Sequence record: MN850617.1 | Length of the DNA stretch: 42,476 bases | DNA from: Escherichia phage forsur | Strand: one strand, 5' to 3' | Shown here: positions 1-8,368 of the stretch, in pieces | How positions within the stretch are numbered: the first letter of the stretch is position 1 | Layout: each line of letters begins with the position of its first letter | Position numbers and translations under genes: made by a program | The notes under the pieces: model-generated | Databases searched by the model: none | Told to the model about the DNA's origin: nothing | The model's input: the letters and a program-made list of their open reading frames with translations, nothing else

Positions 1-487
1 CCGTATCATCTCCATGCTGTTGGAGAAGTTCCCGCAGGTTCACGTAGTGTGTGCCGAGGGCAACCACGATATGGCCAGCTCAATCTGGATGCGAGAGCTG
101 CTGCATGTACTGTACGCCGACGAGCCGCGTGTCACTGTTGACCGCAGCCCTGACCCGTACTACTGCTATGAGCATGGCGAGACGGCACTGTTCTTCCACC
201 ATGGTCACAAGCGTAAGGCTGAGCAACTGGAGACTGTGCTGGTTGCGAAGTTCCGCGAAGTGTATGGCCGAACCAAACATGCGTATGCACACGTTGGCCA
301 CCTGCATCACAAGAAGGTGCTGGAGTCTGCCGTCATGATTGTCGAGCAGCACCAGACGCTGGCAGCGAAAGATGCCTATGCTTCTCGTGGTGGTTGGCTG
401 AGCGAGCGCAGCGCGAGCGTGATTACTTACCACGCCCGGTACGGTGAGGTCGCACGATTCACCATTAGCCCGGAGATGTTGGAGTGA
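1..487 (+). CDS. calcineurin-like metallophosphoesterase, 3' portion of a gene that wraps around the window ends (5' portion at 41848..42476)
   Basis: Reading frame is open from position 2 with no upstream stop; contains phosphoesterase motifs GNHD, HHGH and GHLH. Motifs DYH and GDFLHWD sit at the window end in the same frame (the 2 terminal nt plus nt 1 form one codon). Stop TGA at 485..487. Confidence 0.75.
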   Translation, partial: RIISMLLEKFPQVHVVCAEGNHDMASSIWMRELLHVLYADEPRVTVDRSPDPYYCYEHGETALFFHHGHKRKAEQLETVLVAKFREVYGRTKHAYAHVGHLHHKKVLESAVMIVEQHQTLAAKDAYASRGGWLSERSASVITYHARYGEVARFTISPEMLE

Positions 488-708
488 GTAGAACCCTGTA
501 CCAAGAAGATGTGGTGCAGCTCAAAGATGACGGCCTCTCGATAGACTGGGAGGCCAACACGCAGGTCGAGCTGTACAAAGATGGCACCGTCTGTATCTCG
601 CAGGAAGGGGAGCAGGTGTGGGTGCCGTGGGCATATGTCAAAGATATTATCTTCGCTCTTGAGGAAGCACACGATGCACATGAAAGACACCGTAGTAGTA
701 GACCTTGA
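484..708 (+). CDS. hypothetical small acidic protein (GTG start overlapping upstream stop as GTGA)
   Basis: 74-codon ORF from the six-frame track; start codon overlaps the stop of the phosphoesterase gene. Overlaps the next gene by ~35 nt. No recognisable motif. Confidence 0.35.
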   Translation: MSRTLYQEDVVQLKDDGLSIDWEANTQVELYKDGTVCISQEGEQVWVPWAYVKDIIFALEEAHDAHERHRSSRP

Positions 709-1177
709 CGGCACACTGGCTGATGGCCGTTGGCGTCTGCACCTGCTGCCTCCACCGGAGCGTCGGCACCTTGATGAAGCGTGGGCCGAGTTCAACTTGG
801 CTGGCGCTGACGACCCAGCGTTTCAGGACACGATTGATATTGTGAACGCACTGGCCCTCACGTATCGCATTATCATCCTGACCGGACGCGGAGCCGTGGC
901 CCGTGAAGTAACCGAGCAGTGGCTCGATGACAATGGTGTGGTGTACGACAAGCTCATCATGCGTGAGATTGGCGACTGCCGCAAAGACACTGAGATGAAG
1001 CGTGCAGCGCTGGAAGACATTGGCATTGAGAATATTGTCTGTGCCTTTGATGACCTGCCGCACATCGTGGACTTCATGCGAAGCCTAGGCATTACCGTGT
1101 ATGAAGTTACCCGGTACGAGGACAACCATGAGTACGTCCACGCCAATGCGAAATACGATGGAGATAAAGATGCCTAA
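674..1177 (+). CDS. HAD-superfamily phosphatase-like protein
   Basis: ATG at 674 preceded by GAGGAAG; N-terminus MHMKDTVVVDLDGTLADG carries the HAD motif I (DxDGT). The ORF track starts it earlier at 581, but the RBS supports 674. Confidence 0.7.
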   Translation: MHMKDTVVVDLDGTLADGRWRLHLLPPPERRHLDEAWAEFNLAGADDPAFQDTIDIVNALALTYRIIILTGRGAVAREVTEQWLDDNGVVYDKLIMREIGDCRKDTEMKRAALEDIGIENIVCAFDDLPHIVDFMRSLGITVYEVTRYEDNHEYVHANAKYDGDKDA

Positions 1178-1706
1178 ACGTGGTGACAAGTTCTGTCTGG
1201 ATATCAACCGTGAATACCACAACGCTCGGCTCAATGAGCTGCGCGATAACGGTGTCATCCTAACCTACGACGAGCCTTACGATGTACCGAATGACAGTCG
1301 TGATTACTACACCTGCGTGTACAACGGCAAGACTGAGGTGCTGGTGCTGGAACCATATGAGGTGCAGGAAGTGCAGACGGCATTCATCCCGGTAGAGCCG
1401 GAGGCCGGGCCGGGCGGTATGAAGTATGACGGCGGCAAGCCACGCATGGCCCTGCTGCTCGACGGCTGCCCGAATGCACTGGAGGCTGTGGCCAGCGTGC
1501 TGACCTTCGGCGCTCAGAAGTATGCAGCTCACTCATGGCAGACTGTGCCGGAAGGTGAGGAACGTTACAAGTCAGCGCTGCTCCGGCACCTGACTGCGGT
1601 GGGTAAGGGCGAAGAACTCGACCCGGAATCTGGCCTGCACCATCTGGCGCACGCCGCTTGCAACGCACTGTTCATTCTCGAACTGGCATTAAGGAAAACT
1701 AAATGA
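1170..1706 (+). CDS. hypothetical protein with dATP/dGTP pyrophosphohydrolase-like N-terminal-type domain (tentative)
   Basis: ATG at 1170 after GGAGATAAAG; segment KYDGGKPRMALLLDGCPNALEAVASVLTFGAQKYAAHSW resembles, from memory, the KYD..GK..FGA.KY..NW signature of phage dNTP pyrophosphohydrolase N-domains. Domain call unverified. Confidence 0.5.
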   Translation: MPKRGDKFCLDINREYHNARLNELRDNGVILTYDEPYDVPNDSRDYYTCVYNGKTEVLVLEPYEVQEVQTAFIPVEPEAGPGGMKYDGGKPRMALLLDGCPNALEAVASVLTFGAQKYAAHSWQTVPEGEERYKSALLRHLTAVGKGEELDPESGLHHLAHAACNALFILELALRKTK

Positions 1707-1882
1707 GTGCTTTACTTTATGTGATTGCTATGGCATGGTTCGTATACTTCACGCTGGGTTGCCTGAACGCCTGCAAGTCATACAACCTGAGCCACTACCC
1801 GCAACGCGCCGGGTCTGCTGGCTTCATCGTATGGCTGCTGGTAGCTGTGCTGCCAACGTGGTTCATTTGTTACTTAGCATAG
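1703..1882 (+). CDS. small hydrophobic (membrane) protein, 59 aa
   Basis: ATG 1703 overlaps upstream stop (ATGA), RBS AAGGAAAA upstream; product MSALLYVIAMAWFVYFTLGCLNACKSY...FIVWLLVAVLPTWFICYLA has two hydrophobic segments. Absent from the ORF track, presumably because it is under 60 aa. Confidence 0.45.
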   Translation: MSALLYVIAMAWFVYFTLGCLNACKSYNLSHYPQRAGSAGFIVWLLVAVLPTWFICYLA

Positions 1883-1890
1883 GAGATACG

Positions 1891-2124
1891 ATGAGCAGAT
1901 ACCAACGAGCCATTGAGGATACCGTGGTCGAGAAAGGTGTGTGCGGGGAGTGCCACGGCTGTGGCACATTCACCAGCATGACCATTCGACACGAGCTTGT
2001 CCAAACTGAATGTGAAGCCTGTGGTGGCACAGGCGTGACTGACCCGGCACTGCAACGTTCAGTGCTGCGGGAACAAGGTATGCGCTGCCAAGTGCAGCCG
2101 GGCTATGACCAACCAACGGAGTAA
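1891..2124 (+). CDS. small zinc-finger protein (CxxC...CxxC)
   Basis: ATG 1891 preceded by AGGAG; product contains CGECHGCG and CEACGG Cys pairs. Confidence 0.6.
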   Translation: MSRYQRAIEDTVVEKGVCGECHGCGTFTSMTIRHELVQTECEACGGTGVTDPALQRSVLREQGMRCQVQPGYDQPTE

Positions 2125-4559
2125 TGATGGACTTACTTGCTGAGCAGATTCGACTGGAAGAAGAAGCGCGAGCCAGACACCGCGAGGGCTGGCTGGATAA
2201 TATCAGAGAGGCGTTGGCCGCTGGCCGGGCTGGTTCAGTACCATTGCTCCAGCGTATGATGGTTGAGGCGTATCCTCAAGTTGAAGCTGCGATGCAAGAA
2301 CTCCTGAATGAAACTGCCCGTGGCTATGGTGCGCAGTACCGGACATACATGCGGGAGCTGGGGCCGCGAGCTTGTGCCTCACTCGCGTTGAGCATGGCTG
2401 TGTCCGGTGCCGCTGCTGAGCAAGCAGTGCTTAACTTGCTCAAGGACATGGGCAAGGCTCTCATGGCTGAGGTGGTGTACCTTCGGGCCAAGGCTGCCGG
2501 GCCTGTGCAGGCTGCGTACATGGCCAAGGTTAAGACTGACGTTAAGCGCTCTCGTTCCAAGTCAGCTAACCATGTGTATAACAAGGCGAAAGCGTCGGCG
2601 TCTAACGTTGGCGTTGAGCTGGATATCCTGCCACAGCGTGCGCTCATCACCATTGGTAAGATGATGATGAAGTGCATCGAGCCTACTGGTCTGCTGGTCA
2701 CTATGCGTGTCGGCGGCAACCACCGTCAGCGCGGCACCGCGCACTTCGCACTGCATGAAGATGTGCTGGCAACGATGAAAGATTGGATGGACTTGCCACG
2801 GGCAGACGGCCTGTGCTGTCCTCCAATGATTATCCCGCCAGCGCAGATTGCACGCGATGGTCGTAGTGGTATGTGGCACTCGCCGGGGCAGGCTGCCATG
2901 TACCGGGCAATCAGCCGCATGAACCACCGTGGCTACCGTGCGCTGGGTGTTGACCCACTGCCCATCATAGAGCCGTGTATGATGCTCAGCAGCGTTCCGT
3001 ACCGAGTTAACCCAATGGTATTGGAGTTCCTGAGAACGAACCGTACAGGCGTTATGGGGCTGCCTGTGCCGCCTCGTGAGCCTAAGCTCCCGTTCACCAT
3101 CCCGGCTGGTGTCAGCTTCGCTCAGTACATTAGCAAGTTCCCACCAGAAATGCAGCAGCAGATGGAGTCGGAAGCCCACGAGTACAAGGTGAAGACCCGT
3201 CTGTATTACAACGAGCTGCGCAAGTTCACGTCACAAATGCTGGCGCTGAACGGTGCAGTCAAAGAGGCCGAGCGCTATGCGCCATACGATAGGGTATATC
3301 TCCCGACTTACGCCGATACGCGGGGCCGAATTTATTATTCTTCGACCCTTAACCCTCAGTCCATCGACGCGGTGCGAGCGCTGCTCGAACTTGCTGAACC
3401 AGTGGCTCTCGGAGACGAGGGGCTGTTCTGGCTCAAGGTACATGTTGCGAATTGTTTTGGATACGACGCCACCGACTTCGACGACCGGGCGGCGTGGACG
3501 GACAAAACACTCCCCCGACTACGTGAGGCGTGCCGTCTTCCAGAGGCATTTGATTCGTTCTGGTCAGAAGCCGATAGCCCTATCTCAGCGTGGGCTGCTG
3601 CTGTTGAACTCATTCGAGCTATCGACTCAGGAAGTCCTGAGACTTATCCCTGCCGAGTGGTTACGCAGTGGGACGCTACATGTTCAGGACTCCAGCACCT
3701 CAGTGCGATGCTACGCGATGAGGTTGGAGGTGCTGCTGTCAATCTTGTCGATAGCGTGGGAAGAAAAGCAGACATATATCTTAAGACGGCAGCAGCGGCG
3801 ATGCAGGCTCTTGAAGAAAGTGAAGCGGCTGCGCCGACGACAATGGGTTCGTGGCTTGTTTCCATCGGCATTGTTCGGGCTATGGCCAAGAAGCCAGTGA
3901 TGACCTACGTGTACGGGGCAACCCGGCACGGCATGGTTGACTACTACTGCCTGTATCTGCGTGAGAACCGGGTCAAGCTGCCGGAGGGTAAGAGCCTGCT
4001 GGAGTGTGCTCAGTTCATTGCTGAGTTTATGTGGGCTGCTATCCCCCGCGTCGTGCCGAAAGCTGCCGAGCTGATGGCATGGTTGCAGGCTATCGCAGTA
4101 GAGGCTGCGAGCATGGGTGAGTACGTGGAGTTCACTGCGCCGTCCGGTCTTCGTGTGGTCAATCTGTATCAGGCCAGCAAAGAGATTGCGCTGAACAACA
4201 TCAACCTCATGGGTATCCACGGCATCAAGCTGCGCGAGTATCTGGATAAGCCAGATGGTCGCAAGTGTGCCGCTGCGATTGCTCCGAATTTTGTACACGC
4301 CATGGATGCCAGTCACATGATGAAGGTTCTGTGGGAGATGTGGAATAACGGGGTATACATGGTATCCATCCACGACTCGTTCGGTGTAGCGGCAGCCCAT
4401 GCTGGGTTACTGCACAAGGTCATCCGTGAAAAGTTTGTGCAGATGTATGAGGAATGTGACCCTATTCAGCAACTTGCGTCAGCATATAACCGTGAAGCTC
4501 CAGCTCGCGGTAATCTGGACATCCAGCTTGTGAAGAAATCAAGCAAGTTCTTCTGCTGA
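2124..4559 (+). CDS. single-subunit DNA-dependent RNA polymerase (T7-like)
   Basis: 811-aa ORF; contains QWDATCSGLQHLSAM (cf. T7 RNAP motif A DGSCSGIQHF) and VSIHDSFGV (cf. T7 motif C IHDSFG). Position immediately upstream of the structural module. Confidence 0.95.
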   Translation: MMDLLAEQIRLEEEARARHREGWLDNIREALAAGRAGSVPLLQRMMVEAYPQVEAAMQELLNETARGYGAQYRTYMRELGPRACASLALSMAVSGAAAEQAVLNLLKDMGKALMAEVVYLRAKAAGPVQAAYMAKVKTDVKRSRSKSANHVYNKAKASASNVGVELDILPQRALITIGKMMMKCIEPTGLLVTMRVGGNHRQRGTAHFALHEDVLATMKDWMDLPRADGLCCPPMIIPPAQIARDGRSGMWHSPGQAAMYRAISRMNHRGYRALGVDPLPIIEPCMMLSSVPYRVNPMVLEFLRTNRTGVMGLPVPPREPKLPFTIPAGVSFAQYISKFPPEMQQQMESEAHEYKVKTRLYYNELRKFTSQMLALNGAVKEAERYAPYDRVYLPTYADTRGRIYYSSTLNPQSIDAVRALLELAEPVALGDEGLFWLKVHVANCFGYDATDFDDRAAWTDKTLPRLREACRLPEAFDSFWSEADSPISAWAAAVELIRAIDSGSPETYPCRVVTQWDATCSGLQHLSAMLRDEVGGAAVNLVDSVGRKADIYLKTAAAAMQALEESEAAAPTTMGSWLVSIGIVRAMAKKPVMTYVYGATRHGMVDYYCLYLRENRVKLPEGKSLLECAQFIAEFMWAAIPRVVPKAAELMAWLQAIAVEAASMGEYVEFTAPSGLRVVNLYQASKEIALNNINLMGIHGIKLREYLDKPDGRKCAAAIAPNFVHAMDASHMMKVLWEMWNNGVYMVSIHDSFGVAAAHAGLLHKVIREKFVQMYEECDPIQQLASAYNREAPARGNLDIQLVKKSSKFFC

Positions 4560-4586
4560 ATAAAGCATTGTATTCCTTGCTTATTT

Positions 4587-4609
4587 ATGAAAGTGACTAT
4601 AGTGATAGA
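4587..4609 (+). promoter_or_regulatory. candidate phage RNAP promoter (T7/SP6-class core ACTATAG), putative +1 G at 4602
   Basis: ATGAAAGTGACTATAGTGATAG; the ACTATAG heptamer matches the -6..+1 core shared by T7 and SP6 promoters. Lies in the intergenic gap just after the RNAP gene. Exact inverted copy at 26463..26485; 14-mer direct copy at 4854..4867. Confidence 0.5.
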
Positions 4610-4666
4610 ATCACGCTACCGGTAGCCCCGTCAGTGGCGGGGGTGCTGCCACTCAGAGAGGATTGT

Positions 4667-4852
4667 ATGGGTAAAGAATCTCCATTAGATAGAGTAACAT
4701 TCACTAAAGCTCAGATAGCTCTACTGGAAAAGCACTTCGGTACATGGGTACAGGTAGGCAGAACAGTAACACCTGACACTAACCTACCACTGATTAACAG
4801 AGAAGCTGGTAAGCAGGATGTACTGGACTTCATCCGTGAAAGAGTGATTTGA
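4667..4852 (+). CDS. hypothetical protein (61 aa)
   Basis: ATG 4667 preceded by GAGAGG; the ORF track starts it earlier at 4568 but that start lacks an RBS and covers the promoter-like element. Confidence 0.5.
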   Translation: MGKESPLDRVTFTKAQIALLEKHFGTWVQVGRTVTPDTNLPLINREAGKQDVLDFIRERVI

Positions 4853-4853
4853 A

Positions 4854-5273
4854 ATGAAAGTGACTATTATGGGAAATACAACGCACACGACTATGCCTCT
4901 TGACATTCGGCGTGCGGTGGCCGAGGGCATACAAGCCGAGCGGCCATGGTCAGACCTATCTCCCGATGTGATAGTCGAACGCATGTACGAGGCCACTGCC
5001 GCTGGTTGCGTTGACGTTTACATTACTGCCGACGACGATGGCCTCATGGCTGTTGCTCACATCGGCAGGTTATTCGATATTCATGTGGGCGAGATGGTGG
5101 TCATTATGGCCTCATACGTCTGGCCCCAGTACAGAAACCGTGGAGTGATGCGTGCCATCCTCCGTGTACTCAAAGACGTGGCCCGTTCCGAGGGTGTACG
5201 TTGGTGCGGTTACTCCCACATGGTGCGGCCTTACGTTCAGGAGTACCGCTTCATAGATTTGGAGAAACCGTAA
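4854..5273 (+). CDS. hypothetical protein (139 aa; alternative start 4869)
   Basis: ORF in track; first 14 nt are a copy of the promoter-like 14-mer ATGAAAGTGACTAT, so the true start may be the in-frame ATG at 4869. Confidence 0.6.
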   Translation: MKVTIMGNTTHTTMPLDIRRAVAEGIQAERPWSDLSPDVIVERMYEATAAGCVDVYITADDDGLMAVAHIGRLFDIHVGEMVVIMASYVWPQYRNRGVMRAILRVLKDVARSEGVRWCGYSHMVRPYVQEYRFIDLEKP

Positions 5274-5533
5274 TGGGTAGCGTAGGTAAAGTTTTCAAGG
5301 GGATTGGCTCGGTCTTTGGACTAGGTAGCCAGAAACCCCAGTACACGATTAAGACTGACCCGAATCAGGTCAAGGCTGAAACCTTGAATGCAAACTTGCA
5401 GGCTGATTTGGCGAACGATAACACCCCGACGATTCAGGCAGGTGGTCAGGTTACTTCGGCCTCCGACACTTTATCGAGCCGACGCCGCCGCACCGGAACG
5501 GGTGTAGCAAGCAACCTCGGCATCGGGAGTTAA
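5273..5533 (+). CDS. hypothetical small protein upstream of portal gene
   Basis: ATG 5273 overlaps upstream stop (TAATG) and follows GGAGAAACC; 86 aa, Gly/Ser-rich. Confidence 0.55.
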   Translation: MGSVGKVFKGIGSVFGLGSQKPQYTIKTDPNQVKAETLNANLQADLANDNTPTIQAGGQVTSASDTLSSRRRRTGTGVASNLGIGS

Positions 5534-5536
5534 CGA

Positions 5537-7102
5537 ATGGCATACGACGCGCAGAACGTCAGCTATGAATCGCTCTGGCAAAAGTACCGGGACAGTAACG
5601 TAGTCACCAAGGCTCGTGAGTACAGTCGTTACACGTTGGCCAAGCTGGTCAGTGAATACGACCGCGCCGAGGTAGACGACATGAACCGCCAGCAGATTAC
5701 TCGTGACTACCAATCTGTCGGCGCTCTGCTCGTTAACAACCTCGTCGCTCGACTGGGTGAGTTCCTGTTCCCGGCATCAGCCCGGTTCGTAAAGCTGAAA
5801 CTCGATAAGGTGTCTGACCAACAGCGGCAGCAAATGTCCAAGGTCAATCAGGCACTCATCACTATTGAAAAGGGCATCGTAGACAAAGCCAAAGAGAACG
5901 GCGGCTACGCTGACCTGTTAATGACCATTGCCCAACAAGCAGTCACTGGTAACGCCGCGCTGTACCGCGATATGGAAACTGGAACGTACCGAGTGTACGG
6001 GCTGGAATCCTTCGTGGTGCAGCGCGACGGTCGTGGCGTTGTTACGGACGCCGTGGTCAAAGAACGCATCCAGTGGGATTCCCTCGACAAAGCGTTTCAG
6101 GACATGCTGAACGCCAAGGGCTTCCGCTGTGGTGGTAACAAACGTGTGTGGCTGTACACTCGCGTCCTCCGGGTTAGGAAGGACAGTGGGCTGTATGGCT
6201 ATGAAGTAACGCAGCAGGTGGGCAACTACCAAGGCTGTGTCTACACCCCCGGTAAAGATTACTACCCTGAAAAAGTCTGCCCTTGGATTTTCCCAGTGTG
6301 GTCTTTGAAGTCTGGCGAGCATTATGGTCGCGGGATTGTCGAAGACCACGCTGGGGATTTCGCACGTCTGTCGATGCTGTCTGAGCACTCTGCTCTGTAC
6401 ATGCAAGAGGCGCTGCGTGTCCTGTGGATGCTGACTGGTTCTGGCGGCAACGTCGATGACATTGAATCCGCGCAGACTGGGCAGGTCGTACCTCTCCAGA
6501 ATGGCACCACGCTGTCTGGTCTTGAGGTCGGGGATTACCAGAAAGTTCAACAGGCCCGTGACGAAATTAACCAGATTGTGCAGCGACTCGCGCAGGCGTT
6601 CATGTACACTGGTGAGTTCCGTGACTCGGAGCGTACCACCGCAACCGAAGTGCAGCAGGTAGCAACCAGCGCCGAACGTGGGCTGGGTGGCCCGTACTCA
6701 ATGCAGGCAAAGACCCTCCAGATTCCTCTGGCATACGTCTTGCTCGCAGAGATTGACGAGTCCTCCGTACCTGACATTGTGGGCGATATCCTGACGCTTC
6801 AAGTTGAAGCTGGTCTGGATGCCCTCGGTCGCAGCATCGAAGCTGAGACGCTGATTCGTGCGCTCTCTGATTCGCAGGCAGCAATGGTTGCTGTCCAAAA
6901 CATTAACGGCGTTGCCAACGTCATTGACCCTCAGAAGGTCATTGAGGTTATCTTCGCTTCCAACGGCGTCGCGCTTGATGACTATCGTAAGTCAGCGCAA
7001 GACCTCGCAAATGAAGGTCAGCAAATCGACAGAGCAGCAGCCGCTGCCGCAGGCGTACAGCCGGGCGCAGTCGATGTAGCGCCGAACGTCGCTCAGATTT
7101 AA
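5537..7102 (+). CDS. portal (head-tail connector) protein
   Basis: 521 aa; segments FVVQRDGRGVV, KVCPWIFPV...GEHYGRGIVED and LGGPYSMQAKTLQIPLAYVLL parallel recalled T7 gp8 segments (YVVQRDAFGNVL, EACPYIPIR...GESYGRSYIEE, LGGVYSILSQELQLPLVRVLL). Confidence 0.9.
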   Translation: MAYDAQNVSYESLWQKYRDSNVVTKAREYSRYTLAKLVSEYDRAEVDDMNRQQITRDYQSVGALLVNNLVARLGEFLFPASARFVKLKLDKVSDQQRQQMSKVNQALITIEKGIVDKAKENGGYADLLMTIAQQAVTGNAALYRDMETGTYRVYGLESFVVQRDGRGVVTDAVVKERIQWDSLDKAFQDMLNAKGFRCGGNKRVWLYTRVLRVRKDSGLYGYEVTQQVGNYQGCVYTPGKDYYPEKVCPWIFPVWSLKSGEHYGRGIVEDHAGDFARLSMLSEHSALYMQEALRVLWMLTGSGGNVDDIESAQTGQVVPLQNGTTLSGLEVGDYQKVQQARDEINQIVQRLAQAFMYTGEFRDSERTTATEVQQVATSAERGLGGPYSMQAKTLQIPLAYVLLAEIDESSVPDIVGDILTLQVEAGLDALGRSIEAETLIRALSDSQAAMVAVQNINGVANVIDPQKVIEVIFASNGVALDDYRKSAQDLANEGQQIDRAAAAAAGVQPGAVDVAPNVAQI

Positions 7103-7114
7103 TTTGGAGATTAC

Positions 7115-8347
7115 ATGTCTGGTGAATACCAACCTACTGCCGCACCCGCTCCCCAAAACGTACCCGCTGGCCCGACCTATTCTCCCTCTGGTCACGGCGG
7201 TAATGATTATGGTGGAAGCCCACAGGTGGTACAGAACCCAGCGCTCGGACGCTTAGGCACGCCGATTGAACTGCCGCGAGGTGGTGCAACTCCGCAGCCG
7301 CAACAGCCGTTCGGTCAACAGCCGGGCCTGATTCCAAATCAGGAGTACAACCCGTATGCCCAACCGCAGCAGGGAAACCCAAGCCCTTACGCACCCGTAC
7401 CTCAGCAGAACCCGTATGGTGCTCCGCAACCGCAAAGCCCGTTTGCGGCACCACCTATTCCGATTAATGGGTATCCGCAACAGGGCTACACGCCTCCGGG
7501 CCAAGCGGCTCCGGCACAGCAGCCGGGCTTAGCACCGAACAACCCTGCGTATGGCTTCAACCCGTATGGGCAGCAGCCTCAGCAGCAGCAGCCGCAACAG
7601 CAGGCACCTCAGCAGCCGCAGCAGCCTTTCCAGCAGTTGCAGCCGCAGCCGGGCCAGCCGCCTCAGCAGTTCCAGAATCCGAACCTAACGGCAGAGAATC
7701 TGGCAAAGCAGGAAGGTGGACTGACCGCTGACCAAGTGGCTCAGATTTTCCCGGATGAAACCAGTCGTGCTGTGTTCCAAGGTATGGACACCATCGCCCG
7801 TGGCCAGAACATCGACCTGCTTGCAGCGTTCGGTTCTGCATACGAGCGTCGTGACCCTACTCTGGTGAATGAGCGCTATCTGGCGCAGTTCGACCCACAG
7901 ACTGTATCCATCCTCAAAGGTCAATTCGGCGCACTGGTTGCCGCTGGTCAGCAGCGCGATGCTGCAATCGAACAGCAGGTTTACCAGATGGCTGGTGGCC
8001 AAGAGCGTTGGGGTCTGGCAGTGCAGGCATTCAATACCGCTGCCGACAAAGGCACGATTGATGCTGTAGTAGCGGCTGTGAACTCCGGCGACCCTAATCA
8101 GGTACGTCTGGCAGTGAACACCATTCTCCAGTTTGCTGGTTCCCAAGGGAATATGATTCAGCGTTCTGGACAAAGTTTGACGCCTAATGGTGGCGGTCAA
8201 GCACCTCGTGACGTTATGACTAACGAGGCATTCCGTCAGCATCTTGGCTGGCTTGAGCAGGCGCATCCTGTTGGTTCCCCGGAATACAACAAGCATTACG
8301 CCGTACTGGTAGAGCAGCGCCGTCAGGCCAAAGCTCAAGGTTACTAA
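7115..8347 (+). CDS. scaffolding protein with long N-terminal Pro/Gln-rich low-complexity region
   Basis: Sits between portal and capsid genes; C-terminal part (AGGQERWGLAVQAF...) resembles recalled T7 gp9 (AGGRERFDALYNHL). The N-terminal ~180 aa are P/Q/N/Y-rich repeats. Confidence 0.8.
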   Translation: MSGEYQPTAAPAPQNVPAGPTYSPSGHGGNDYGGSPQVVQNPALGRLGTPIELPRGGATPQPQQPFGQQPGLIPNQEYNPYAQPQQGNPSPYAPVPQQNPYGAPQPQSPFAAPPIPINGYPQQGYTPPGQAAPAQQPGLAPNNPAYGFNPYGQQPQQQQPQQQAPQQPQQPFQQLQPQPGQPPQQFQNPNLTAENLAKQEGGLTADQVAQIFPDETSRAVFQGMDTIARGQNIDLLAAFGSAYERRDPTLVNERYLAQFDPQTVSILKGQFGALVAAGQQRDAAIEQQVYQMAGGQERWGLAVQAFNTAADKGTIDAVVAAVNSGDPNQVRLAVNTILQFAGSQGNMIQRSGQSLTPNGGGQAPRDVMTNEAFRQHLGWLEQAHPVGSPEYNKHYAVLVEQRRQAKAQGY

Positions 8348-8368
8348 TTTCTTTCGTAAGGATTTCCC

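Noticed and set aside
4587-4625. 12-codon mini-ORF (MKVTIVIESRYR) starting at ATG 4587
   Set aside because: No RBS; the sequence is better explained as the promoter-like element.
4854-5273. Calling 4854..5273 a GNAT acetyltransferase
   Set aside because: Only a weak resemblance (YRNRGVMRAIL) to the acetyl-CoA-binding motif; insufficient without a profile search, so left as hypothetical.
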